A stretch of 64,000 bases of DNA, taken from NCBI RefSeq assembly GCF_006345805.1, contig NC_043020.1:21886001-21950000 (forward strand), read 5' to 3'. The notes under the pieces are model-generated. The model was not told the origin of the DNA. It did not search any database and saw nothing but the letters and a program-made list of their open reading frames with translations. The position numbers and the translations under genes are program-made. This document shows, in pieces, positions 27,147-40,420 of the stretch (positions are counted from its first letter, which is position 1; every line of letters starts with the position of its first letter). The stretch comes from Octopus sinensis. Taxonomy: Eukaryota.

Positions 27147-27883
27147 GTGTGTGTGTGTGTGTGCACGCATTATATATACAAATTATATATATATGTATAA
27201 TTAAATTAGAGATAAAACCACTAATAGGCAAAAAAAAACAAAATCAGAAACATAAAAATAAATATATAATATAGGAAATATATAAAATTGAAAAATTTAA
27301 ATTATTTAAATTTAAAATAAAAATTATTAAATTATATTTATAATTTGTTTAAAAATATATATAACTATCAAAAAGTATTAAAAAGTTTAATATACATAAA
27401 TACAGATATATACACTTTGCATATATACATTATATATACATATTTATATATCGAACACACACACACACATATATAAATGAAAGCAATGAATATCTGATTC
27501 ATAATATTTGTTCTCATGATTGTGTGTTGTTGGTAGCGATGATAATTCTCCCTATGAATGCAGACAAATACATCAAAGAAAGCCGCCTGACGAACTTATA
27601 AAGGGAAAGTGAAAGGGAGTTGAGGGGAATACATTAAATAACGGGAGTGGACTTCTCAAAGTTATAAATGAAGGGGAGTAAGAGAGGGAAAGGAGGAAAT
27701 AGCGTGAGTGAGGAAGATGGCCCCTAGCAACCACACCTTTCAAGATAGGGATTTCTAAGGTAGCCCACGCACATCGTCACCTCATTCTACATGTCCCTGT
27801 AAATTTTGGAGCGAATCGGACGGGATGTAGTGGCATTGAAAGCGATCCAAGCGGTAAAAACGCATTTCAGTTTTATATGTATA

Positions 27884-27942
<59 letters not shown>

Positions 27943-28088
27943 CATATATATATATAAATATATATATCAACAATCAAGGAACGGCCATAATAGGCCATTC
28001 ACCCACTAGAAATAACAGCCAAAGCTTCAACCGCAAATAAAAGTCAATTCCGTAAACAGGAGAAAATTTAAAAAACATTTACCCTGTA

Positions 28089-28195
28089 ATTTCTTATACG
28101 ATGCACCGCTTCATCTGCTGTTTAATGGTAAACTAACCTGATTAAATTAAATCAAGCCAATCTTCCATAGGCCCTCAGATTCTTCAGTAAGAAAT
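28089..28195 (-). ncRNA. Hammerhead ribozyme, 492-nt family copy 1, core mutated (GAAA to GAAG)
   Basis: Plus strand gatgcaccgcttcatc versus gatgcaccgtttcatc in copy 2. Confidence 0.7.
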
Positions 28196-28580
28196 AGCCA
28201 CAAGTCGGAACAGATATTTTCACGAGGCATTTCCGACCCTGCCAAGGTAATATCTGACCTAAAATTTTCAAATCATCGCACTCGCGCCAAATTTATCAGC
28301 AGCAAATAATATAAGCCGTCGATTCCATTACGGAATTAACCAGAAAATTCATAATTAATCAATATAGGGTGGCAAAAAAAATTTTGTAGAATTTTTTTTG
28401 CCACCAGCGGCCTAGTGGGAAAAAATTAAATAGTCATAGACCATTTTAAAGTTCAACATCAACAATCAAGGAACGGCCATAATAGGCCATTCACCCACTA
28501 GAAATAACAGCCAAAGCTTCAACCGCAAATAAAAGTCAATTCCGTAAACAGGAGAAAATTTAAAAAACATTTACCCTGTA

Positions 28581-28687
28581 ATTTCTTATACGATGCACCG
28601 TTTCATCTGCTGTTTAATGGTAAACTAACCTGATTAAATTAAATCAAGCCAATCTTCCATAGGCCCTCAGATTCTTCAGTAAGAAAT
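28581..28687 (-). ncRNA. Type I hammerhead ribozyme, 492-nt family copy 2
   Basis: Reverse complement of 28954-29060. Confidence 0.87.
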
Positions 28688-28953
28688 AGCCACAAGTCGG
28701 AACAGATATTTTCACGAGGCATTTCCGACCCTGCCAAGGTATATCTGACCTAAAATTTTCAAATCATCGCACTCGCGCCAAATTTATCGGCAGCAAATAA
28801 ATATAAGCCGTCGATTCCATTACGGAATTAACCAGAAAATTCATAATTAATCAATATAGGGTGGCGAGTGCGATGATTTGAAAATTTTAGGTCAGATATT
28901 ACCTTGGCAGGGTCGGAAATGCCTCGTGAAAATATCTGTTCCGACTTGTGGCT

Positions 28954-29060
28954 ATTTCTTACTGAAGAATCTGAGGGCCTATGGAAGATTGGCTTGATTT
29001 AATTTAATCAGGTTAGTTTACCATTAAACAGCAGATGAAACGGTGCATCGTATAAGAAAT
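28954..29060 (+). ncRNA. Type I hammerhead ribozyme, 492-nt family, inverted arm
   Basis: ATTTCTTA CTGAAGA ATCTG..(58 nt)..CAGAT GAAAC GGTGCATC GTA TAAGAAAT: 8-bp stem I, 5-bp stem II. Confidence 0.9.
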
Positions 29061-29291
29061 TACAGGGTAAATGTTTTTTAAATTTTCTCCTGTTTACGGA
29101 ATTGACTTTTATTTGCGGTTGAAGCTTTGGCTGTTATTTCTAGTGGGTGAATGGCCTATTATGGCCGTTCCTTGATTGTTGATGTTGAACTTTAAAATGG
29201 TCTATGACTATTTAATTTTTTCCCACTAGGCCGCTGGTGGCAAAAAAATTCTACAAAATTTTTTTTGGCACCCTATATTGATTAATTATAA

Positions 29292-29336
<45 letters not shown>

Positions 29337-29698
29337 CGGTTATAAAATGAGATTGGGGTTGAAAATTCAACCCACCATGGGATAACATATATCCAATATA
29401 CTGCTAGAGAGTTACCCAACAATACTAAAACATAAATGTTAAAAATTGCCATGCAATTAATTCATCTACTGTATTATGTGGGCAAAGGTAAAAATATTAC
29501 CGTAAATTAATACTACAAAATTAGAAAATGGAGAAACATACTTAAATCAATCAAATATCAACCATCAGGTGATACCCAATCAATACTTTATTACACCATT
29601 ACATAACAGTAAAGGCATTATACAAAATATATAGTAAATATAATTAGACAATGAAATGGACATATAAAATATAAAATATAATATATAATTATATCATA

Positions 29699-29809
29699 TC
29701 TGACAGCTGTTTCGGCCGTAAGGGCAAGCATGCCTCATTTAACCTATAAGCCATATAAGGCAGGTATAAATGAGACATTTACAAGGATGCCGCACGGCCT
29801 CTTCAGAGA
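29699..29809 (-). ncRNA. Type I hammerhead ribozyme with long loop 2
   Basis: Reverse complement: TCT CTGAAGA GGCCGT..ACGGCC GAAAC AGCT GTC AGA. Confidence 0.85.
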
Positions 29810-29849
29810 ATTTAATTTATTATAAGTGTGAAAAAAATTTTTTTTATAC

Positions 29850-30240
29850 TTTAATCGAGCAACTCGACCCCGGGACTTATTCTTTGTAAGCCCAGTACTT
29901 ATTCTATCGGTCTCTTTTTTGCCGAACCGCTAAGTGACGGGGACGTAAACACACAAGCATCGGTTGTCAAGCGATGCTAGGGGGACAAATACAGACACAC
30001 AAACACACACATATATATATATATACACATATATACGACAGGCTTCTTTCAGTTTCCGTCTACCAAATCCACTCACAAGGCATTGGTCGGCCCGGGGCTA
30101 TAGCAGAAGACACTTGCCCAAGATGCCACGCAGTGGGACTGAACCCGGAACCATGTGGTTGGTTAGCAAGCTATTGCTCGATTAAAGGCGGTGCTCCAGC
30201 ATGGCCGCAGTCAAATGACTGAAAACAAGTAAAAAAAAAA
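29850..30240. mobile_element. tRNA-head SINE with inverted 5' portion
   Basis: 29850-30173 antisense, 30174-30240 sense with tail; tttaatcgagcaa present at both ends in inverted orientation. Confidence 0.8.
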
Positions 30241-30550
30241 GAGATATAAATATAAAAATATAAAATATAAAAACGTGTGCATAGACACTCATAATACTAC
30301 ATATATATATATATATATACTCATTAATACAATAATACAAAATAAACAAAACAAAATATATCAATATATATTAACAAACACAGTTATTCTACATATTGGG
30401 CTACTAGTTCTAAAAACTAACACACAGGAAAATATATGCACACTCACATTTAAATTAAAATCAGACCTATACATGAAAAATAATAAAAAAACACACAGTT
30501 CAGTTCATAAAATTATAAACCTGTAAAAGTCAATAAAAATTACTATTAAT

Positions 30551-30593
<43 letters not shown>

Positions 30594-32439
30594 GATACAA
30601 TTATGTCTGTACCAAGTACATCCATCGGACATCAACATATCTATGAGTCTGATTATTCTGTCCGCTTGATATTGATTCGATTGGCTTATAGTTTAAAATT
30701 TGAATCACAAAAGAAATTTTACGGTTAGTTAGTCAAGAAACGCACATACGCACACGCACATCCACAGATCAATCGCACATACATACATAATTATATGTAT
30801 ACACACACACATACACTCATACACATACATATCCACAAACAACGTCAAACACATAAATAAATAAATAATAAAAGAGGTATAATCCTAGCTATGCAGCCAT
30901 CCAGCCTCTCCAAACGACAACCATGCCACTAAATTAACTAAAGAGATCCACTCACATATTTCCATAAAATATTTGTTATAAAGATACATATATTTATATA
31001 TCAAGACATCGAATGTAATTTTCGCATGGTACACGCAGCATGTGACACCGTTTTTTCTGTAGTCAACATAACGTTTACTGATTTCACCGTAATTTGCTAT
31101 AATCACATGTACGCTAAGTTATAAAGTATAGATTAATTTTTTATAGTATAAATATATATCTTTTCTATGTAATAAATCCAATGCCATTATAATATTAATA
31201 TTTATCCATCAAAGAACCTAACCTACGAACTAATAGAATTACACTCAAATATACATGTCCATAAAAATACTCATGTATAGCAGCAGATATACACAAACGC
31301 ACCGTCTATTCTCATATGTGACTCGCGAGAAAACATTCATAGTACTTATATATAAATATACTTTTAAGCATCCGTGGACACATAGATAACAAATGTAATA
31401 ATTAACAAGATTTGGCATTAAATAATATCAATGGGGGACTTACCAATACAATTGTATATAAGTAAATAACAGAAATTAAATTAATTATAAGTTAATAAAT
31501 TGTAATTACTTAAGTTTAAAATGTGATAAAATAAATAAGAAGAAATAATTAAAATTACATACATAGTATAAGTACGAACTAGTATACATGTATCCATATA
31601 TTATTAAAATAAATAATTGATATGTATGTATATATCTACACTTAAATAAGTAAATAAATAAATAAATAAATAAGTAAATGACTAAATGAATAGATAGATA
31701 CCATAGAAAACAAATTCAGATAAATACATAGGTACAGGTACACCTAATATATAGTAATGCTAATATGCATATATCCACATATGCATAAAAGAGTATATAT
31801 GTAAATAAATAACATAAAATAAAGTGAAGATATATATTGAAGAAAGTACTTATATAAACTTAGTATACAGGCTAATATTATGTAAATTTATACCTGTAGA
31901 TAATGAGTAAAAAAAATGAATAGATGAATAACATAATGTACAAATTCAGAAGACTACAAGTATAGACTAAATATATATGACTGCTAATATTTATAAAGCC
32001 AAATGTGAGTAAATGAATAGGTTTATTAATAAATAGCATAAGATACAAATTTAGGTGAGTACAAAGATACACCAAATATACAATATATAAGCCTGCCAAA
32101 TAAAAACCTACAAAAACCCATATTCTCAACCTAAACAAACAAACTCCCAAATAGACTCTCATATATTACATAATAGTATTACAGTATCTAAAACCAGGTA
32201 TCTAACTATGATATTCATACACACTCTGTAATTTTAGAAAACTTCAAGAATCACATATTACAAAAAAACCCACATACAAAAAACAATTAATACTGGACAT
32301 ATATATTTTTATACATGTGTAGCTACAAAATTATATAAAATTATAAATTTATAAGTTGCAAGTTTTAAAATTGTAGAAGACCACTAGTATAATTAGATAC
32401 AGAAGGGAGTTAAAATATTACTAGTAGAAATGCTAAGTT

Positions 32440-33645
32440 CTATTTAAATCTAGAAAAAGTGTACGGTAGTTTGTGAATGCAAAAAAAACTTTTTTCATTT
32501 ATGTTATTAATAATATGCCTACCCGCTTTGATAATGAAAAAAATTTCATTAATACATAGAGAGCATTTTTTTTTCCCATTATACACAGGTGCCGAAGTTA
32601 GTATTTTCCAATTTAATCTAAAATCTAAGTTCTTACTTTTGAGTTCCCAAATGTATGCACTTAACCCTGTAGAGTACATCCTATTTTTATTTCTAAAAGT
32701 ATAACTATGATAATTAAGTCTCTGTTTCATGCTATTCATAGTTGCTCCGATATACACCCTACTACTAAATTGTGTATCCACAGTGCATTGGTAAACTACC
32801 TCCTTCCTTTTATTTCTGTTTCTGCAATTACAGTTATTAACAGGTTGGGGTAATCCAAGATTGGTCCCCAATCCTGTAACACCATTCACATTAGTAGTGT
32901 TACAATTATTATTACCATCCAAACCCAAATTCAACGAATGAATTAATTTATCATTATTGGCGATATTCCTATCAATAGTACTAGTATTGGTAGTAGTAGT
33001 ATCATCTATTACATTGATATTTTCCCTTGCAGGTACGGTACCCTCATAATTTATAAGAGAGTTGTTCCCGTTAGCTCCAAAAGATTTATTGTTCCTACTA
33101 TTAAAGAGAGGCAAATTCCTATTATCTAAATTCAACTTTCTATCTTTATAGAAGTAATCCAGTTTCCTGTTATTAAAAGAGGAGATGATGGTGGCTAGAT
33201 TATGTGTAATGCTATATCCTATTCTAACAGTCCCATTGTTAATTAAATGACTAAATTTATTCCTATCCTTACCAAAGTGCCTAAATATTACTTTGTGCAA
33301 AGCTCTAACTATGTCTGTTTTTATCTGCATTGCATATGGGATAATAAGCCAAAGTGTATCCTTATCAGTATTAGGGTTGCCTATCAAATTATTGTTTTTA
33401 GTAAAAACCTTATTCCTTGACCAACCCATATGTCTACTATCCTTACCAATGTCATTGTTATGTCTATCTATATCAATATTCCCATAATTATTACGCAAGT
33501 AAACTTTACTATTATCATATCTACCATAAGTTTTGATATGTATATTATTAATATTACTACCATTACCTGTTTGCGCAGATCTATTTAAACTACCGTCCAC
33601 CGTTCCGAGGTTAACAACACCTCTATAATTATTATAGGCGTTCAT
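32440..33645 (-). CDS. 401-aa Asn-rich GIY-YIG endonuclease ORF (Penelope-like linker plus CNCR plus GIY-YIG), no RT domain
   Basis: WLIIPY..IKTDIVRAL..IFRHF..INNGTVRIGYS...; CNCR; VVYQCTV..VYIGAT..KQRLNYH..F..TGLSAYIWELK..WKIL..Y..CSLC..E..I..C.H; no stop codons. Confidence 0.75.
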   Translation of the reverse strand: MNAYNNYRGVVNLGTVDGSLNRSAQTGNGSNINNIHIKTYGRYDNSKVYLRNNYGNIDIDRHNNDIGKDSRHMGWSRNKVFTKNNNLIGNPNTDKDTLWLIIPYAMQIKTDIVRALHKVIFRHFGKDRNKFSHLINNGTVRIGYSITHNLATIISSFNNRKLDYFYKDRKLNLDNRNLPLFNSRNNKSFGANGNNSLINYEGTVPARENINVIDDTTTTNTSTIDRNIANNDKLIHSLNLGLDGNNNCNTTNVNGVTGLGTNLGLPQPVNNCNCRNRNKRKEVVYQCTVDTQFSSRVYIGATMNSMKQRLNYHSYTFRNKNRMYSTGLSAYIWELKSKNLDFRLNWKILTSAPVYNGKKKCSLCINEIFFIIKAGRHIINNINEKSFFCIHKLPYTFSRFK

Positions 33646-33922
33646 TTATACCTGCCTTATATGGCTTATAGGTTAAATGAGGTATGCTTGCCCTTACGGC
33701 CGAAACAGCTGTCAGATATGATATAATTTTATATTATATTTTATATTTTATATGTCTATTTCATTGTCTAATTATATTTACTATATATTTTGTATAATGC
33801 CTTTACTGTTATGTAATGGTGTAATAAAGTATTGATTGGGTATCATCTGATGGTTGATATTTGATTGATTTAAGTATGTTTCTCCATTTTCTAATTTTGT
33901 GTTATATATATATATATATATA

Positions 33923-33953
<31 letters not shown>

Positions 33954-34031
33954 AGTTAGGGAATATAAAAATTCCAACCCAGCAACGAAAAAATTCAATT
34001 TAGCACATTAAATCAAAATTCCACAGTATAT

Positions 34032-34081
<50 letters not shown>

Positions 34082-34297
34082 TATGTGAAATAGAAAGATG
34101 AATAATCATGTAGTAGATTAATCAAAAGTTTAACCGATACCTTAGTAGCAAAAATCACAGCAGTAAACAGCACGGTTGGAGGTACAACCATCTGGCGTTG
34201 CAACCGTGCGTTGGTGCGGATAATTGAAATTAAAACATTATTGGTGAATTGAAGAAATGGAGCTGAACGCAGATTGAACAGAAATCGTTTTATTTCA

Positions 34298-34377
34298 TTC
34301 TACACGTGTTTCGAAAGGCACAAATTACCAAAATCCGATTGAATAATGGGACCATATTGTGTCTTTCTCTTCAGGAA
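34298..34377 (-). ncRNA. Type I hammerhead ribozyme (left arm)
   Basis: Reverse complement of 36938-37017. Confidence 0.85.
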
Positions 34378-36937
34378 GAAAAAAGGAAATCCGTTGGAAA
34401 AACAAAAACAGAACAGAGGCGGAGCAAAAACAAATCGAACTAAGCTCCTAAGAGCCCATGGCGAAACTGTTTATCAGTGTATGTTGAGAACCGGTGGCTG
34501 AAGAATTCAACGGGTCAGGCATCGGTCAATCATGTGGGTGAGGGTGTATAGATGTTCTTTGTGACCGAGAATAAAGTTCTGACTATTTAAGGAATATTGG
34601 ATGTTTTATAAGGGGCGAGAAAAAATCTACTTAGAGACGTGTGTGTGTGTGTATACTGTTCTATATATGTGTGTGTTGGCGTAGGGGCAGAAAACATTTT
34701 TTGTGTACGTGTGTGCGTTTGATCGTTCGGCTGTCAGTGGCTACTGCCGTGATAACCGTTGGGTGGCAGAAAGAAAAAAAAATATATATATATTATGTTT
34801 TATGTGTGTGTGTGTTCATCTAAGCCTGCCTTGTCAAGGAAACCCCCCGCTGTGAAAAAACCAAGCCCCGTTTGTCTTACAGGAGTAATTCCCCTTGCAG
34901 TGGTTAATCGTAGATATCTTAAAGGCTATTTCAGAATTTGTTACCAAGGGCTATGGGTGCCGGTATTATTTATAAACGCTATTTAAAAGCCAGATAAGTG
35001 TAACGCCGCCAATGGGGGCATCGAAAAGCCGACTGTAAGAGCCCATTTACCATCCGGCCTCTGGCAAACAAAATATGGAAGAGTTCGGAGACACAAAGGT
35101 TGCACTGTCTTCTGCCCCTATCAAATGGGAGGGCCACCGACAAAATTGACCATTCCAGCCTATAGCTTAAGTTCGTATCCTTCAGTCGCCATATTAGCTT
35201 ACTGAGTCCCGTGGTCTGGCGCTTGTTCATGTCCCGAAAAGTTGCGTAATGGTTGGAGACACGCAAAGACAATCTTGAGGATGATGCCCCTACATAAGTG
35301 TCTTCACTTATGTAGGGGCATCATCCTCAAGATTGTCTTTGCGTGTCTCCAACCATTACGCAACTTTATACTGTTCTATATATGTGTGTGTTGGCGTAGG
35401 GGTAGAAAACATTTTTTGTGTACGTGTGTGCGTTTGATCGTTCGGCTGTCAGTGGCTACTGCCGTGATAACCGTTGGGTGGCAGAAAGAAAAAAAATATA
35501 TATATATTATGTTTTATGTGTGTGCGTGTTCATCTAAGCCTGCCTTGTCAAGGAAACCCCCCGCTGTGAAAAAACCAAGCCCCGTTTGTCTTACAGGAGT
35601 AATTCCCCTTGCAGTGGTTAATCGTAGATATCTTAAAGGCTATTTCAGAATTTGTTACCAAGGGCTATGGGTGCCGGTATTATTTATAAACGCTATTTAA
35701 AAGCCAGATAAGTGTAACGCCGCCAATGGGGGCATCGAAAAGCCGACTGTAAGAGCCCGTTTACCATCCGGCCTCTGGCAAACAAAATATGGAAGAGTTC
35801 GGAGACACAAAGGTTGCACTGTCTTCTGCCCCTATCAAATGGGAGGGCCACCGACAAAATTGACCATTCCAGCCTATAGCTTAAGTTCGTATCCTTCAGT
35901 CGCCATATTAGCTTACTGAGTCCCGTGGTCTGGCGCTTGTTCATGTCCCGAAAAGTTGCGTAATGGTTGGAGACACGCAAAGACAATCTTGAGGATGATG
36001 CCCCTACATAAGTGAAGACACTTATGTAGGGGCATCATCCTCAAGATTGTCTTTGCGTGTCTCCAACCATTACGCAACTTTTCGGGACATGAACAAGCGC
36101 CAGACCACGGGACTCAGTAAGCTAATATGGCGACTGAAGGATACGAACTTAAGCTATAGGCTGGAATGGTCAATTTTGTCGGTGGCCCTCCCATTTGATA
36201 GGGGCAGAAGACAGTGCAACCTTTGTGTCTCCGAACTCTTCCATATTTTGTTTGCCAGAGGCCGGATGGTAAACGGGCTCTTACAGTCGGCTTTTCGATG
36301 CCCCCATTGGCGGCGTTACACTTATCTGGCTTTTAAATAGCGTTTATAAATAATACCGGCACCCATAGCCCTTGGTAACAAATTCTGAAATAGCCTTTAA
36401 GATATCTACGATTAACCACTGCAAGGGGAATTACTCCTGTAAGACAAACGGGGCTTGGTTTTTTCACAGCGGGGGGTTTCCTTGACAAGCAGGCTTAGAT
36501 GAACACACACACACATAAAACATATATATATATTTTTTTTTTCTTTCTGCCACCCAACGGTTATCACGGCAGTAGCCACTGACAGCCGAACGATCAAACG
36601 CACACACGTACACAAAAAATGTTTTCTACCCCTACGCCAACACACACATATATAGAACAGTATACACACACACACACGTCTCTAAGTAGATTTTTCTCGC
36701 CCCTTATAAAACATCCAATATTCCTTAAATAGTCAGAACTTTATTCTCGGTCACAAAGAACATCTATACACCCTCACCCACATGATTGACCGATGCCTGA
36801 CCCGTTGAATTCTTCAGCCACCGGTTCTCAACATACACTGATAAACAGTTTCGCCATGGGCTCTTAGGAGCTTAGTTCGATTTGTTTTTGCTCCGCCTCT
36901 GTTCTGTTTTTGTTTTTCCAACGGATTTCCTTTTTTC

Positions 36938-37017
36938 TTCCTGAAGAGAAAGACACAATATGGTCCCATTATTCAATCGGATTTTGGTAATTTGTGCCTT
37001 TCGAAACACGTGTAGAA
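36938..37017 (+). ncRNA. Type I hammerhead ribozyme (right arm)
   Basis: TTC CTGAAGA GAAAG(ACACAA..TTGTGC)CTTTC GAAAC ACGT GTA GAA. Confidence 0.87.
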
Positions 37018-37075
37018 TGAAATAAAACGATTTCTGTTCAATCTGCGTTCAGCTCCATTTCTTCAATTCACCAAT

Positions 37076-38305
<1,230 letters not shown>

Positions 38306-39035
38306 TATATTATATAATATTATATTATATTATATTATATTATATTATATATATATATTATATTATATCATATCATATCATATTATATTATATTATATTA
38401 TATTATATTATATATACATGTATAGTTCACATATGAGAATCGGATGTTCTCAGTATAGGGGACGATTGGGAGAGTTGAGCCACAACAATTTTCCCTAAAT
38501 CTATAAATTATAAAAAGTAATTACTTCCACCTATTTGAAACACTTCTAGAAATATTTCTGCTAATCTAACACATTTAACAGGTGTAGGCAGTTTATTACA
38601 GTTATATTTTGAAAAGATCAATTTTTACACCAAAAAGTAGAAGTTGGGTTTGCAGGTAAGTATGTTCATATTTCTGTAGTAGTATGTAGCATTCTAATTG
38701 AATGTAGTTTATCATATACCTATATCGTTTTTCTATCATTGTGATCGTTAAAAAACGTATAACTAATGTTACAGTTACAATGATGAATGCAGTTAAGGCG
38801 GAAGGAAATGGGAAGAGTTGGGACAGTTAAGCAGTGTCTCAACTCTCCTTTTATTAATGCGTGGTGCAAAAACAATTTTAACCTGTTAATTTCATTACTT
38901 TCTGTGATAAAAGCAAAAACTCTGGTAGTGTTTGCTTTCGTGTTTAATTGCCTTAAAGCTAAACTGTAACGGATTAAATTTTGATTTGCCTGCCTTTATA
39001 CTGGCCAAAATTTGCCCATGTATTGACTTTTTCAG

Positions 39036-40420
39036 ATGCCTCAGAAATATGTTCAAACGACCAATCGTGGGGCTGCAGAGGACGATTTAAGTAGGGCCAG
39101 AGATCGTGTTAGGGAAGGATGCAGTATCATTGCTACTACTAAGGATTTCAATACAGCAAGAATGACACTAAAAAGATATATAGACAAATGCAATCAACAA
39201 AATGACGAGTAAAGCGAAGTGTTTGGGTTCAAAAATTGCAGGATAAAAAATGACATTTTCATCAGAGATGGAAGCTGAGTTATCGACTCACATAAAGACA
39301 TTAGTCGAGCAGTTCCAAGAAACTCACACGAAATAAATGCTATGAGTTGATAGTGGAATATGCATTAAGAAACAATGTTACGGTCCCTGATTCTTGGTAA
39401 CAAAACGGAATGACTGGTGAGCATTTTTAGATGTCCTTGAAAGAAAGAAACCATCTAGCAATTCGAACGCTAGAGGCTACATTTCTTGCAAGAGCAAGTG
39501 CGTTCAATCGCTATACTGTTGGCAAGTTTTACGACAACTTAAAGAGTGTTATGGACCTGCACAAGTTTGAATGCCACAACATTTATAACGCAGATGAAAC
39601 CGGGTGCACAACTATGCAGCAACCTGAAAATGTGGTTGCTGCACAGGGAGTGAAACAAGTAGGGTCTATAACTTCCGGCGAGAGAGGACAACTTGTAACA
39701 GTTGTGTATGCAGCTATTGCAGCAGGAAGTGTTGTTCCACCACTGCTGATCTTCCTATGAAAAAACTATAGAGATTATTTTATCAAAGGTGGGACTGCAA
39801 GATGTATCGGAGGAGCCAATTCCAGTGAAGGAATTAATGAAGATCTGTTTGTGACTTATTTAAAACACTTTATAACCTACACCAGGTGCAGCAAAGAGAA
39901 GAAAGTGTTGTTAATTTCGGAATTCACAAAACTCATGTATTTCTTGCAGCTATTGACATGGCCGAGAAAAATGGGGTGATATCATTAACAATACCTCACA
40001 CAAGCCACAAGTTCCAACCGTTGGATGTGAGCAGCTATAAGTTATTCAAGATGGCATATAGTCGACTGGTTGATAACTGGATGCGTTCCCACCCCGGAAA
40101 GTCGATTACAATTTATGACATTACTGAGTTTCACATGCTCAGATGCATTGGTCTTACTGCTCAAAACATTATCTCTGGGTTTCAATGAACGAGAATTTAT
40201 CCCTTTAATCAAGATGTGTTCTGCAGTAGTAACAGATCGAGATCTTCCAGCATCATTTCATGAAAACATAGCGGATGTTCTCCAATCAAGTCTTCAAGAA
40301 ACACCAGTTTCTTATTCAATGACAGAGTCACCCAACATTTCATTGAAACAATCAACTTCCACCGAAACTGCTACTCCGAATATCGAACGAAGTGGAGTTC
40401 TCAACGCTTCAAAATAAAGC
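39036..40420 (+). pseudogene. pogo/Tigger-like DDE transposase pseudogene
   Basis: ARASAFNRYTVGKFYDNL..IYNADETG..GVKQVGSITSGERGQLVTVV..GSVVPPLLIF; PHTSHKFQPLDVS; many stops. Confidence 0.85.

Larger units (their letters stand above)
19774..27885 (-). mobile_element. Head-to-tail trimer of a non-autonomous Helitron (units 19774-22759, 22760-24802, 24803-about 27885)
   Basis: Minus-strand 3' ends CCCGCGCGTAGAGCGGG hairpin plus CTAG at 19774, 22760 and 24803; CTAG|TCTCTATATATAAAAC junctions at 22759/60 and 24802/03. Confidence 0.85.
27967..29289. mobile_element. Fold-back tandem array of a 492-bp HHR-containing monomer
   Basis: 27967-28865 is about 1.83 forward copies (period 492); 28864-29289 is reverse complement; (TA)n on both sides. 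Confidence 0.85.
29335..33901 (-). mobile_element. Penelope-like (Neptune-type GIY-YIG) element lacking RT, with 3' pLTR and inverted partial 5' pLTR
   Basis: 29515-29773 is the reverse complement of 33643-33901; HHR in the pLTR; GIY-YIG ORF inside; (TA)n at both ends. Confidence 0.75.
34082..37084. mobile_element. Fold-back of a 5'-truncated Penelope-like GIY-YIG element (three copies of the EN C-terminus)
   Basis: ORFs 34979..35272(-), 35693..35986(-) and 36047..36340(+) are identical, and the upstream frame reads TYVGASS; hairpin centres at 35301-04 and 36015-18; (TA)n flanks. Confidence 0.85.

Noticed and set aside
4307-37084. Dismissing all fold-backs as assembly or long-read artefacts
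   Set aside because: Not excluded for the near-identical ones, but consistent outward HHR polarity, the 16-, 23- and 13-nt overlap geometry, and the diverged example at 37.1-38.2 kb are hard to explain as artefact; kept as a caveat
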